Positions 39,213 through 51,779 of a stretch of DNA of 64,000 bases are shown here, piece by piece; positions within the stretch are counted from its first letter, which is position 1, and the number at the start of each line of letters is the position of its first letter. The translations under genes were made by a program, and so were the position numbers. Below the pieces are notes generated by a model. That model searched no databases. It had not been told where the DNA came from and saw only the letters and a list, made by a program, of their open reading frames with translations. Source of the DNA: Haliotis rubra (taxonomy: Eukaryota); contig NW_025767155.1 of assembly GCF_003918875.1 (NCBI RefSeq), forward strand, positions 1 to 64,000, given 5' to 3'.

Positions 39213-39409
39213 NNNNNNNNNNNNNNNNNNNNNNNNNNNNNNNNNNNNNNNNNNNNNNNNNNNNNNNNNNNNNNNNNNNNNNNNNNNNNNNNNNNNNNNN
39301 NNNNNNNNNNNNNNNNNNNNNNNNNNNNNNNNNNNNNNNNNNNNNNNNNNNNNNNNNNNNNNNNNNNNNNNNNNNNNNNNNNNNNNNNNNNNNNNNNNNN
39401 NNNNNNNNN
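39213..39409. other. Assembly gap (197 N)
   Basis: N run, corresponding to the CA tract at ~9826-9937 in copy 1. Confidence 1.
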
Positions 39410-41120
39410 GTGGTAACTGGTTTCATCATGGAGGTAACGTTCCACAAGCAGAGTCACGTTGGCTATCTGATATGATATGACACGATAAAATGACAGAAAT
39501 ATAGTCTTTCCAAAATCATAAGCAATTCTAAAAGCAGAATTCCCTGCACGTCTCCGACTATATTATAGACATGACTTAATCAATATCAAATAGTGATGGT
39601 ACAAGTCGATCCAGAAATACTGTTTCAAGCAGAGCCAAAAAGAAACATTCGTACGCTTGCGTGTTACGTGTATACATATTTATATTTTGTTTAACGTCCA
39701 CTAGTAACACATGCTTCCACACTTTATAACGTGTACATAACGGTAGATATGTCGCTAACAGTACTGGAATCGTGTTTCCAAATGTTTGAATTCACAGGGC
39801 ATTACATTCATCCGACATCAGTAATTGAGAAACGGACCCGTTAACGCACTTCACATATCTTCAAGTTCAGGACCATTAATTTTGACAAAACTTTTTAAAA
39901 TATCAAAGCGGAAACTCCTCTATAGTTGGTTAGGTCAAGATGTTGTAAAGTGGATCAGAGAGGTCGTTATAAGCCTTAGCCAACTGTAGAGGTCATTGAA
40001 GAATTGGGATATTGATGGCGTAGTGCTTATGACTCAATTACATTTTACTAGATGTAGCTTGTGGAGCTTGCCGCGATATCTGCCCTCTCCAATAAATCAA
40101 TAACCCTAGTGACAGAGGTATGTAGGTAGGTCTGGACTTCCTGTCAACCAATAAGTTGACTGACACGGCGACCTCGCCACACTTAGGTCTGGTTTATGTC
40201 GGCTTCTTCAGTGAAAAACAATATAATATGGAGGACGATGAACACATACTGTATACTCGGTCATTGTATCTGCAGTGAGAACCTACACATGTCAGCTGCA
40301 GAGGTCTATATAAATGACTGAAAACCATGTCGTGGCATATGCTACAACTATGGTAAGTCCACGTTGACATATGGGATTCTAAGGATATAATTCGCGCTTC
40401 TATATGTTAATGGATGAGTACATGCAGACAGACAGACGGACGGACAGGCAGGTAGGTAGGCAGACAGGCAGGCAGTTAGATATTTTAAAGTCACATCGGC
40501 AGTTATTCAGCCATACCGTGAGAATGAAGGCTATATTTTCAAAACAGAACCTCAAACGATATACATACTGTCGACAAAGGACAGTAAACTAACTACACTA
40601 TGACATATTTACACTTAGAACTAGCCTATAACCAGAAAACGATATTACCATTCACAACAGCACAATATGAAAACGGACAGTAGATCGCCAGCAGCTGAAT
40701 CAGGTGCAAGAATATCTTGCACTAAAAACCAGGATAAGCCTTGTAATGGGATATAATAGGATCACAGTCCGACCTGTTTAACATGTCCATTATCAACAGA
40801 CTCATTTCCTTTGTATGCCCTACAGGCCCAGAACGCGGAAATAGTTCATCACATATTGATGGTACTGTTGTCCTCCCATCTGGAGAATGGCTTTTCAATA
40901 TTTTTTCGGAAACGTTTCGACCGTGGTCATGACACAGCTAATCAAACGATGTCGTAAGATCGGCTCAATCCATTTATGTTTTAACTACATAAAGCACTTA
41001 GTCCGGTACATCCACAAGAGCACTGAAGAATAATGTTCAGGGTTATGAAAATAACGTTGTTCTCCGTCCACATGAACAGTTGACAGACTAGCATGGATTT
41101 GTTCGGTTAATGGTGGTTGA

Positions 41121-41368
41121 AGAGTGAGTGAGTGAGTTTAGTTTTACGCCACACTCAGCAATATTCCAGCTACATGGCGGCTGTCTGTAAATAATCGAGT
41201 CTGGACCACACAATCCAGTGATCAACAGCATGAGCATCGATGTACGCATTTGGGATGCGATGACATGTATCAAATAAATCTGCGAGCCTGGACACCCGAT
41301 CCCGTTAGTCGCCTTATTACGACAAGCATGTGTCACTGAAAATCCCTTCTAACCCGGATCTTCACGGG
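41121..41368 (-). mobile_element. V-domain SINE (duplicate of 11623-11869)
   Basis: Near-identical sequence at the same site. Confidence 0.85.
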
Positions 41369-44100
41369 TTAGTGCTTGAAGAACATAACAATAGACATGT
41401 AATATAACCTACATACTACCACTAATTCCTGTCTGTGTCATGCGGATAACTGACTAGCCTTTGCATGTTTTCGTGACAGTTGCCAACACCGTCGCAGGAT
41501 GCACTGACTTTTTCCCATCCACCTAGTACTTTTTGATATTGATTAATTCATACATGACCATTATATAATCGGAATCGTTTAATGGCCTCAGCTTTTGGCA
41601 GTGAAATGCTTCCAATATAGAAATTGTTTTGTGGTCTTATAAGTTTATGTGTATGGAACTGACAATAGATTTGAGTACAAAAGATCCATACAGATTTACT
41701 TACTGGCGCCTGTCGCATGTTACACCAAACTTCATCTAAAATAAAAATCACTTTCCTGTTCTTCATCCAATAAACGTTCTTGAAGGAAGGTAATATGCAA
41801 AACGTGGATACTGGTCTCGCAGTATAATACAATATGGCAACAATATGATTAAGTCCAGTCTGTGTAAGATAGATCAGTGCTTGGGGGTATATTGATCCAC
41901 GTCGTGGAAGTAGGATGAGGCACAATAATAACAATAAATGAATATCTATATTGCTGTTCATTCAAGTACTAGGGCATTTTATAACTGCACAGATATTACC
42001 TTGGTCAGCGGATCAGTGTGTGCTCAGATTACAGTCTTATCATCCCGCAACACATGCTGCAGTGATGGAGCTGGAAGTTGAAGATTCACATTACCGTCGC
42101 TGCTTACCCAAGATTCAAACAACGTCAAACCACGTGTGTTTGATCTGTTTTTCAGTGTGAGGCAGGACTCTAAAAGGTCTGGAGTGCGAAGCACGGACAT
42201 CTATCCGCCTACTCTCCTCCATAAGCAATGGTTATAATGATAACTTCGCCCGACTTGTGCTCTGTCAGCCGACCACAGTCTCCGAGACCCTGGTAAATTG
42301 GAAAAGGAGTCCAACCTAAGTCTAGGATGATTGTGCACGTCTAGACTGCCTCGTCCCGGAGCGGGTCTCCACGCCAGGAACATTCGGCACTCGGCTTGGT
42401 GCGCGATCTGTAATAATTACCATTACTGGCACCGTTTCGACCCCATTTCAATCCAACTAGCATAAATACGCCCGCTGTCTTATAAACTTCACCAATGAGT
42501 TTGGACTTTAGAACTACCACCCGAGAGCAAAACAATTGAGCTCTAATTGAGAAGCCTGAAATTCAGGACTGACATGGGTTTCTTTTTGCATTGTTTTTAG
42601 AATATGGACTAGGAATTGAGAGTCGAATCTGTCTAGAGACTAATCCAAAGAGGGGGCAAAATATAAGATAGTCGTTCCTAACTATTAACCTTACTGCTTA
42701 CTTTACTCATACTTTCAACCACTGGTTTGCCGATACAAGATTCTACTGTTTACATGAAGTAATATTGAAGCAACATGGCTGACTGTGACGCATACTGTCT
42801 TGATTTACTCCCAGCGTGAGACCAACTTCAAGACAGTTCAGGGGAGTAATGCTTACTCTCTGTGATAGGTGATGTCCATTTACAGTATTTGGGACAGTGA
42901 AGGAACAACGCTGATCACTATGATGCAATGATAGCCGTCACTAATTAGCTTTCATTCAATGATGAGATTTAAATGTTAACCAATTTTCACTTGAAAGGAG
43001 ACATGTGGTATCGATTCTCAAGTGACCAGGTTAATCAATCTAAATCCTGGTCAGCTCCATTGATCCGTGTTTTACAAGTCTGTACATCAGCGTTCCTACA
43101 CTTGGAGGTAGAGTAAACTTCGACGTCACACAATACCCAGTCTCGACTATCCGTCGAGGCAGATTTCACTGGGCGTAAAAGTCAAAGGACTTATGGTGAA
43201 ATTAATACAATAATACAAATCGATTACAAATAGTCAGTGATGACACCAGTCGAAAATAAGCATGCACGTACACACATTTTGTGCCCAATTGCAGGTACTA
43301 TCCTCCTGCGCATCAGCTACAAATTGTTCTACATTTCCGAGAGCCTGTCCTAATGATTTCAGTACGGTGTACCCTGTAGAAGGGAAGGTTTGTACTTAGC
43401 TTGAGTGTATTAGGCATACATTCATCTCTAGACGACTGCTTTCTACGTGACTTGGTTCCTCCTTCATGTATGTGCATCACTGAGCGTACAGGTAACGGGG
43501 TCGACTTAACAAGTCAACTGAGTGATATGTTTGAGAATACCAGGAATGCTGTAATTCAATAACTTTCCTGTTGATGCTGGAAATCTGCCCTCAAGGTCGG
43601 TCATCAATTAAACATGACAGAACTGTGGGGAAAAGCCATTTCTTCTTCTCTAGAGTGAACAGGTTTACCTATTCAATGGAGGTTCATCTCGGCTTTTCTC
43701 GCTGCAAAAATCGTTTTTATCGTTTGAAAGGAATAAGATCTCGTGTTATTTTTGTCCTTTACAGTAACATTGACGGATTTGTTTGCAAAATGTGTGCCAA
43801 ATGTATTGGTCTGAAGCAAGGATTTGTTTATGTGTTCGAAATTTTACACTGCAGCACATATGTTGGATGTGTTTGAACTGCATTAAAATACTATTCATTG
43901 AAAAGTACGTTTGGTAATGCAACTCTCTTCTTTTAGCTATCTACTTGCAACATTCAGCGTTAATAGTTTCCCAGATACTACTGAGTAGCATACACATATT
44001 GTACATTTTTTAAGGGTCGTTATTTTGTTGTGTATGTAAATATACTTACAAATGCTCCCATAAACATCCACAAAGACGGAAACAGAGGCAGATCTGCCAG

Positions 44101-44228
44101 AGTGAGAGTGAGTTTAGTTTCACGCCGCTTTCAGCAATATTCCAGCAATATTCACTATGTTGGGAATCGAACCCGGGTCTTCGGCGTGACGAGCGAACAC
44201 ATTAACCATTAGGTTACCCCACCGTCCC
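44101..44228 (-). mobile_element. Chimeric short SINE (recombinant of the 14347 and 14762 copies)
   Basis: Left half and flank match 14347-14406; right half and flank match 14851-14918. Confidence 0.85.
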
Positions 44229-44322
44229 ATTTCAGCAAGTAATTCGAAGTCACATATATTCCCCTACATATCTATTTTCCAGTTGCTTTGTCAGTAATAT
44301 ATAGCTGGCCGTGTTTAACTGT

Positions 44323-44880
44323 AACAAGAAGACAAAGTCATCAATACCCCCGCAATGGCAAAATACTCTTCATGATTATGTCTACGAGTTATGATTATGT
44401 CAAATATTTAGGTGTGTGTATATAGAAAAGTGGAAGGAGAGTATTGAACGGTTTTTAAAGTTCTGCTCCAGAAAGGAGCACTATCACCAAACTTGTTGCC
44501 ACGGAAATGCCAAAAATATTTTATTTAGAATTCCAAAACTACCAAAAGGCACCAGTACACCACCAGATCTATCTATGTGCCAAGTTTGGTGAAGAAATAG
44601 TGAACGGTTTTAGAGTTCTGCTCCGGAAAAGAGCACTACCACGAATTTCAGTCTAAGTCGAACTTGTTGCCATGGAAACGCCAAAAATATTTTTATTCAG
44701 AATTCCAAAACTACCAAAAGGCACCAGTACACCACCAGATCCATGTATGTGCCCAGTTTGGTGGAGAAATATTGAACGGTTTTAGAGTTCTGCTCCGGAA
44801 AAAGACAAATGTGCACGGACGGACGCACGGACGGAGTCCATTTTAATACCCCCCGCAAAACGCGTTGCGGAGGATAATAA
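44323..44880. mobile_element. Helentron-type element (duplicate of 15012-15550)
   Basis: Same structure; terminal hairpin ccccgcaaaacgcgttgcggagg. Confidence 0.75.
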
Positions 44881-47768
44881 AATAAGCTAAAAAGTATTCA
44901 TATCAAACGCGATATTCCTTCTTCTGTTTGAATGTTCCTGCATCAATATTTGCCACTCTAACACATCCCAAATTGTTCAATTATTTTCTTGCCAGTCACG
45001 ATTTAGCCAAGCCGAACAAAAGCGTTTATAGACGCGATCACTGTGTTGTTGAATATTAAATTTGTAACACAGTTTAGTTTAGCTGGAAAGTCAGTTTTTC
45101 CATTGGCAGTTTCACTGCCATCCATCTCACGCACACCACAACGGTTTGACACAGATTGACGTCGAGTATTTTTTAACGTTCTTGCCAGGCCGACAGAACA
45201 TCTGAATGCATTTTCAGACTCACTTAAATTTACCCTTAACAAAGAGCACGAAGTCATGCAGATCACACACTATCGACCGGCTGTTCGTGTGGAAGTTACT
45301 AAACAGTACTGAGCATAAAGTTAATGAAATGTTCGCTTTAACTTTCGTCTAAGCTCTACTATGTATTTTTGCACACACATACATACACAAACACACACAT
45401 GCATGCACACACACACACACATACACACAAAACAACAACACAAAAGCACACACAAACAACAAAACACAAAAGCATAAATAATAAATAATACACACGAAGC
45501 CATACATAAACATCATATCATCCATCAGTTGGCTAGTTTTGCTGACAGCCCTTCCCGAAGAAATCGTCGCCATGTTCAGTATAATCCTTCGCTGCACAGC
45601 CATACGGTACAGGATTGAAAAGGCAGTTATCTGACATTAGAAAACACACTGCTGATTCAGTAAATACTCCTTCAAGGCTTCTAATGCTGTGTTGACAGGG
45701 CGAAGTGTTCTTGATGGAACGGGTGCCGATCATCCGCTATGAGTACAGTTGTAGCAACGGTAGTCTGATATTCCCAGTTTTACCAGCGAGAAGCCGATTG
45801 ATCACTGTCCACCAATGCTGTAAGTTTCCATGATACCGTCTGAGTCCGACTAAAGATCCGGTCAGAATCTTCGTTCTTCCACCAAAAGGATCCCTCAACC
45901 TCCATCCTGCCGGAAACAGCCTCAAATCTGACTGGCGGTGTCGTGTGCCACAATTATGCGGCGGACGAAATCACTCCACATTCTTGCTTTTCTCACCTTA
46001 CTCTCTCGATTCTAAAGCTCGACAGCCTGAGATCTGATCGGAAATTTGTCGAAGTCCATGACAGATCAGCACAATTATTGCAATTTGATAAGAATGACAG
46101 AAATGGCTCTTCCTCTAGTCATCGATCTGAGGAAAGAGGGACACAAACTCAGAAGGTCTTCCTGAGGACGTGTTTCCTCCTAGCCAATTACTCAATTATC
46201 GAGTTGAAATAGTCCAAGTATCTCAGACGAAATCAAGGCGTGAGTTGGGTATTAACCCCCATTACCACAGCCATCCAAACATGTTACCATAAGTGGGCAG
46301 AGTACATGGATGGTTACTGATGAAGCATTTAGTACGAACAGAGCATGTGCAGTGGAGTTTCTCCTGCAGAAACGTCAGAGTCTGTGATCTGATGTGGATA
46401 AAGAGTGTGTATCTTTTGTGTTCATCCAGATTGATGTAACAACGGACGGCTTAGAACCACCAAGACGTGTAAGGAAAGTTTTTGTTGACAGATGGCGTTG
46501 GAGATATATGTGGAGCAACCAGCGTCATCTTCAATTGACAGTACCTGGCAGAAATTGACTTTAGGTTTGACATACACGTGGCCTGATTGAGGTTAAGTGT
46601 TTGGCATTTGCTGGACAGTTGTCAGTTATAAAATAGAAAGGTCTCAGGTGACAATTTGAGGCTGCTGCGTTCATCTGTGTTGGTTGTCAAGGCAACCAGG
46701 CATAGACATGTGGGTATATGTGGTCCATTTACAAAACATGACTGTAAGGTGCGTTAGGACGTCCTACACAAACTGGAAACAGTCGGTAAACCTTGACTTG
46801 TGAAACAATGACTTACCTATGACTGAGCAACATATATCACCTGACACGTTTAATAAATGCCGCAGGGCAAATTAATCATCATGAACAGACGCTCTGGTTC
46901 AATGATAAAAAGTACTAAAATTTCACTGTATCTATATATTTGTTGAGAAAATAGCTGTGTTGTCACGTGTCCAGACTGTGGTAATTGGTGCATATATGGC
47001 GGGCATTTGAATGATCTGTTTGAAACTCGAGACATTTGCTATTCGATAGCATATTGTTTAGGCTATGCTGAAAGTGTATCAATTGAATAGTGTTTCTAAT
47101 ATTAATACATCTATGACATTCCTAGTGTAAATTCATCGGTCTTCTCAGATCTTTCACCAACATACTACATTCTACATTCTGACACTGTAACAACCAATCC
47201 AGACTGCGTCATTTGTTCGTGACGGGCACAACACGAGCCATGGAACCGTGACTTCAGTGTCGTCTGCTCCACTCTTCAGTCATTGAAGATGCTACGTAAA
47301 GCAAGACAGAAACTCAAAAGACGAGACTGCGGAAAGGCAGAAAGTCTTCCCAAGGGTGCAAATCCTCCAACAACTCCGACTTCTTACACTCAAATTCAAC
47401 CGTCAATATTTGCTTTTGACATAAATCAATGTCTTGCCAGGGATCAATTTTACGACTGCCATTACAATTTGTGGTCATCAACTACATGTAGAACGTATAG
47501 ACGTGTTGTTGATACACCATTAACACCATAATAGTGGAGTCTGCTGATGAGCTTCTACTTCAGCAGAAATGTCAGAGCGCCAGTGATACGACGCGGCCGA
47601 ACAGATGCTCTGTTTAGTCTCACAACGAGCCAATGGTTGAGATATTTGCCTCAAAGCACGCCACAGAGAACAAGTGTAACACAGGCACCATTAGATTTGA
47701 TTATCTTGAGCCTACGAGAAGATAAATGACTTTAATTAGAAATGGTGGACACCCCACTCCCAATAATA

Positions 47769-47929
47769 GTGAGTGAGTTCAGTTTTACGCCGCATTTAGC
47801 AACATCCCAGCTATATCACGACAGGGACACCAGAAATGGGCTTCAAACATTGTACCTATGTCGGCAATCAAACCCAGGTCGTCGGCGTAACGGGCAGATG
47901 CTTCAACCACTAGGCTACCCCACCGCCCT
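47769..47929 (-). mobile_element. Short tRNA-derived SINE
   Basis: Family match, with head aaccactaggctaccccaccgccc. Confidence 0.8.
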
Positions 47930-49151
47930 CTGATTAATACATTTATGTAAGGATGAACGGTTGTATGCAGTTTATCAGAATGTATCGGTCAACTTGGTAA
48001 TCACACACGGCACTTGTTTGTGGATAACGAAGCCTTTCTCATTTGTAACCAAGTCATAGCGATCTTGTCCCTTACCAGGCTTGGTGTACAAGTCGTTTCA
48101 TGTCATCTCCATAAGGAACGTTTGCAGATAATTGAATCTGGACAGACAAGCCCGTATGTCATTGATTTGATGAGAAACGCCTGCAGTTACCCCAGCTCCC
48201 TTTCTGTCTTGGTTTGAATCAAAGATCAAATCTGATCTTTGGTCTATCAGCACCCGCTCGTGTAAATAGTTATTAAGCTGACACCCTGATATACCTGCCA
48301 TTCTGTTCAAATGGCGTCAACTCACTTTCTCTTTGTCTACCACGCCGTATCATAGATTGTCTACTATGCACCAGTCGGGCTTCCTTTCAACTATGGTGAC
48401 GATATTTGCGAAGATTGTGCAGTCTTGTATCATTTCTATGCATGGTTTCACAGAGATCACTACATTACATTCATCAGACGTCAATATGCAGTCATTAATT
48501 GAAAGAAGGAACCGTGAACTCACATCACATATCTTCAAAGTTCAGGGCAATTAACTTTGACAAATTTTCAAATGTTCTGGCGGAAACGCCCTTATTCGTG
48601 ACCAGTTCGAGATGTTGTAAAGTGGACCAGAGAGGTCGTTACAAGACTAAGCCCACTGTAGAGGCCATTCAGCAACTTGAATATTGATATTTTGTTGCTA
48701 ATTAGTCAATTACTTTTAACTCAAATGTCCAACGTCTCGAGATTTCTTCTTCCCCAATAATTCAATAATCCTAGTGACAGGCGGTATATGTGGTATGTCC
48801 TGATTTCATGTTAACGAAATCGAGGACACGGCGACCTCCTTTTAGTTTGTACCTTGAACTACACTATATAGTCCACCATACGTGTGTAACTTTAAAATGT
48901 CACTTAGGACTGCGTCATGGCAAAGTGGAACATGAACATGACCCGTCTGAGCCAACATGCTAACAGTAGTTAGCTATTTAATGCAACGAATATGCAGATT
49001 AGATATAAATGCGTTAAACGAGTCTAAGGGATAACATCGTGTTGTGTAAGTTGGTGTTTTGTCCATTTGTGTACGGCAACATTATGGTCTGAGGTGATTA
49101 TAATTATACGTCGTCTAACAACGACATACAATACACTACCTGTGTCGAACG

Positions 49152-49308
49152 TGCGTATAACGAACTGACTGATATATCGAACTGCTTTTGGTCCCGTCCA
49201 CTTGCTGAACATTTTAGTTGAAATGCGTATAACGAACTGACTGATATATCGAACTGCTTTTGGTCCCGTCCACTTGCTGAACAATTTAGTTGAAATGCGT
49301 ATAACGAA
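49152..49308. repeat. 72-bp tandem duplication (copy 2 only)
   Basis: tgcgtataacgaactgactgatatatcg...ttgaaa occurs twice, bounded by tgcgtataacgaa repeats. Confidence 0.9.
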
Positions 49309-51226
49309 GTAACTGTAGTTAACCCTTCGGGTTCATTATAACAGTAGTTTTCTGTACCTTTTATCCCAATGACATCGTGAAGCAGTCCGATTTTGTACGA
49401 ACCCCATGAACAACAAATAATATTATGACAATCTAGTGAACATATACATAATGACGTCCTAATCTAGGGGACATAATAGTTTAATTGAGTGTAAAATAAT
49501 GTGCTGAACAAAAATGCCTTATGTCCACAAACCAAGAAACTGAGTGGACAGTCATTGTTGCCTCTGGTCATTACGTCAAAAAATGACACTAGTTATATTT
49601 GGTGTACATACAAAGTATACTGTCATATATCTTCAATTATCATTTATGTACATTATTGGGAAGTGTATTCGCCAAAGTGATCAACCAGGGGTTGGTTTCC
49701 ATGACTGCGTTAGCTGCGCAAACGAAGAGAGGACTTTTGATTGAAGGGGAGTGTAGTACGTTTTTATACATACAGGCAATTGTATTACAAATTTTACTGA
49801 ATACTTTGAACGTATGGAATTCCGACGATGGCGACTAACCAATGATCTGAACAAACACAAAGTCTTTTTCAGTCAACACTACCATTTTGTTCTACTCTGC
49901 AAATAAATCATTCGAGACTTTTTTGGCAGACAAAAGAAAACATTCACATGTGTAAGGAATCCTCATTTGTAACTACTTCTTTTGATCATATGAATGTTGA
50001 GAAACTTCACTATGTGTTTTAACCCCGTAGGAATCTTACAACACAGCCTCTGCCGTGACCCAGATCAAGGCTCAATTACACCAAACTTTCATATCCTCAA
50101 GGGAAACTCACTTTTCCTGAAACACCAAAGGAGGTTTATAATTAGATGTGATAGTTTCATGTTCCAACAATGTACTTTCTCAGTCATCAACAGACTCAGT
50201 TCTGTTGTTTACGTTTCTAAATACATTTTAACGCATCTGGTAAATGACATCCGAAATACTTGCAGAGATGTTTTAACCGCTTTCAAGACCCAGACAGTCA
50301 ATGTGGTCAAATTGTTTTTTCTTCGTCTCTTAGCTTCATAAAAGTTCTTGGAATTCTTTGCAAGACATTCGGTCGCATTTTATTGGAAATATTTCAGATT
50401 TGATGAAAATAACGCTACAGATCCACAGTAAATAGATTACCATGATGTATAAGAAGCACAATATTCAGCATACCTGTGACCTAAAGCACACTCATTGCAC
50501 TTACTAGAAAGACTCCAGAAGGTTTTTTTATTCACTCGCCATCTCCTCCAGCTGATGCCTGGGCCTATGTCGGACAAAGTCACTTGCCTAATGAGACACC
50601 ATAAGTGATGTAATCTAACATTTACATTGAGGTTTAGCAAATGTCATCTGGTCACCGAGAAAACAATATGTGGAATGCTGGACTTCCTCATAGAAACATC
50701 TGTGTCATATTTTACATTCAGGTTCATAGTCGGGATCTGATGTCGTTCAATAGTGCTTGTTAATTTCCCTTTGTTTTCAAAATGTGAACGTATCTAGGAA
50801 GTTACAAAGAATGCAAATCTAATCGGATCTTTTCCAACTAAAGAGTTCGATTAACTCATCTTGTTTTTGTTATGTTTTATTTTTTGGTTTTTCGGCGGTT
50901 TGGTTTTGTGTTCATTTGGGTTTTATTCTTGTTTCTTTTCTTCTTTTTTATTATATTTTTTTCTTTTTGTTTTGTTAGGATTTTTCTTGTTTTTTGTTTT
51001 ATTTTTTGTTTTGTTTTTAGTGGGGTGTCTCTGGGGTGAAAAGCAATTAACTGCAGATTGACTAACATCCATAACTCGTCCTCTGAGATTGATCGGCAGA
51101 GCGTCCAACCAAGTTACGATCTGCAACGCCACTCTGTGTAACCTCTTCGGGATTCCGGTTTAGAATTGGTTCTGAATAATATATGTGTTGGTCACAAGAG
51201 GCGACAAAATGCACGGGGTGAACAGG

Positions 51227-51779
51227 CTCTGTGGTTTGCTTGATGCCATGGCTCTGTGGCTTGCTTGATGCCATGTCTACATACCTCTGTGGCTTGCTTG
51301 TTGCCATGGCTCTGTGGCTTGCTTGATGCCATGTCTTCATACCTCTGTGGCCTGCTTGATGCCATGTCTTCATACCTCTGTGGCTTGCTTGATGCCATGT
51401 CTTCATACCTCTGTGGCTTGCTTGATGCCATGTCTTCATACCTCTGTGGCTTGCTTGATGCCATGACTTCATACCTCTGTGGCTTGCTTGATGCCATGTC
51501 TTCATACCTCTGTGGCTTGCTTGATGCCATGTCTTCATACCTCTGTGGCTTGCTTGATGCCATGTCTTCATACCTCTGTGGCTTGCTTGATGCCATGTCT
51601 TCATACCTCTGTGGCTTGCTTGATGCCATGTCTTCATACCTCTGTGGCTTGCTTGATGCCATGTCTTCATACCTCTGTGGCTTGCTTGATGCCATGTCTT
51701 CATACCTCTGTGGCTTGCTTGATGCAGTGTCTTCATACCTCTGTGGCTTGCTTGATGCCATGTCTTCATACCTCTGTGG
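51227..51779. repeat. 33-bp minisatellite: 15 full units plus two 25-bp units
   Basis: Same unit as 22235-22473. Confidence 0.98.

Noticed and set aside
39127-39475. ORFs spanning X runs
   Set aside because: Artefacts of the N gap.
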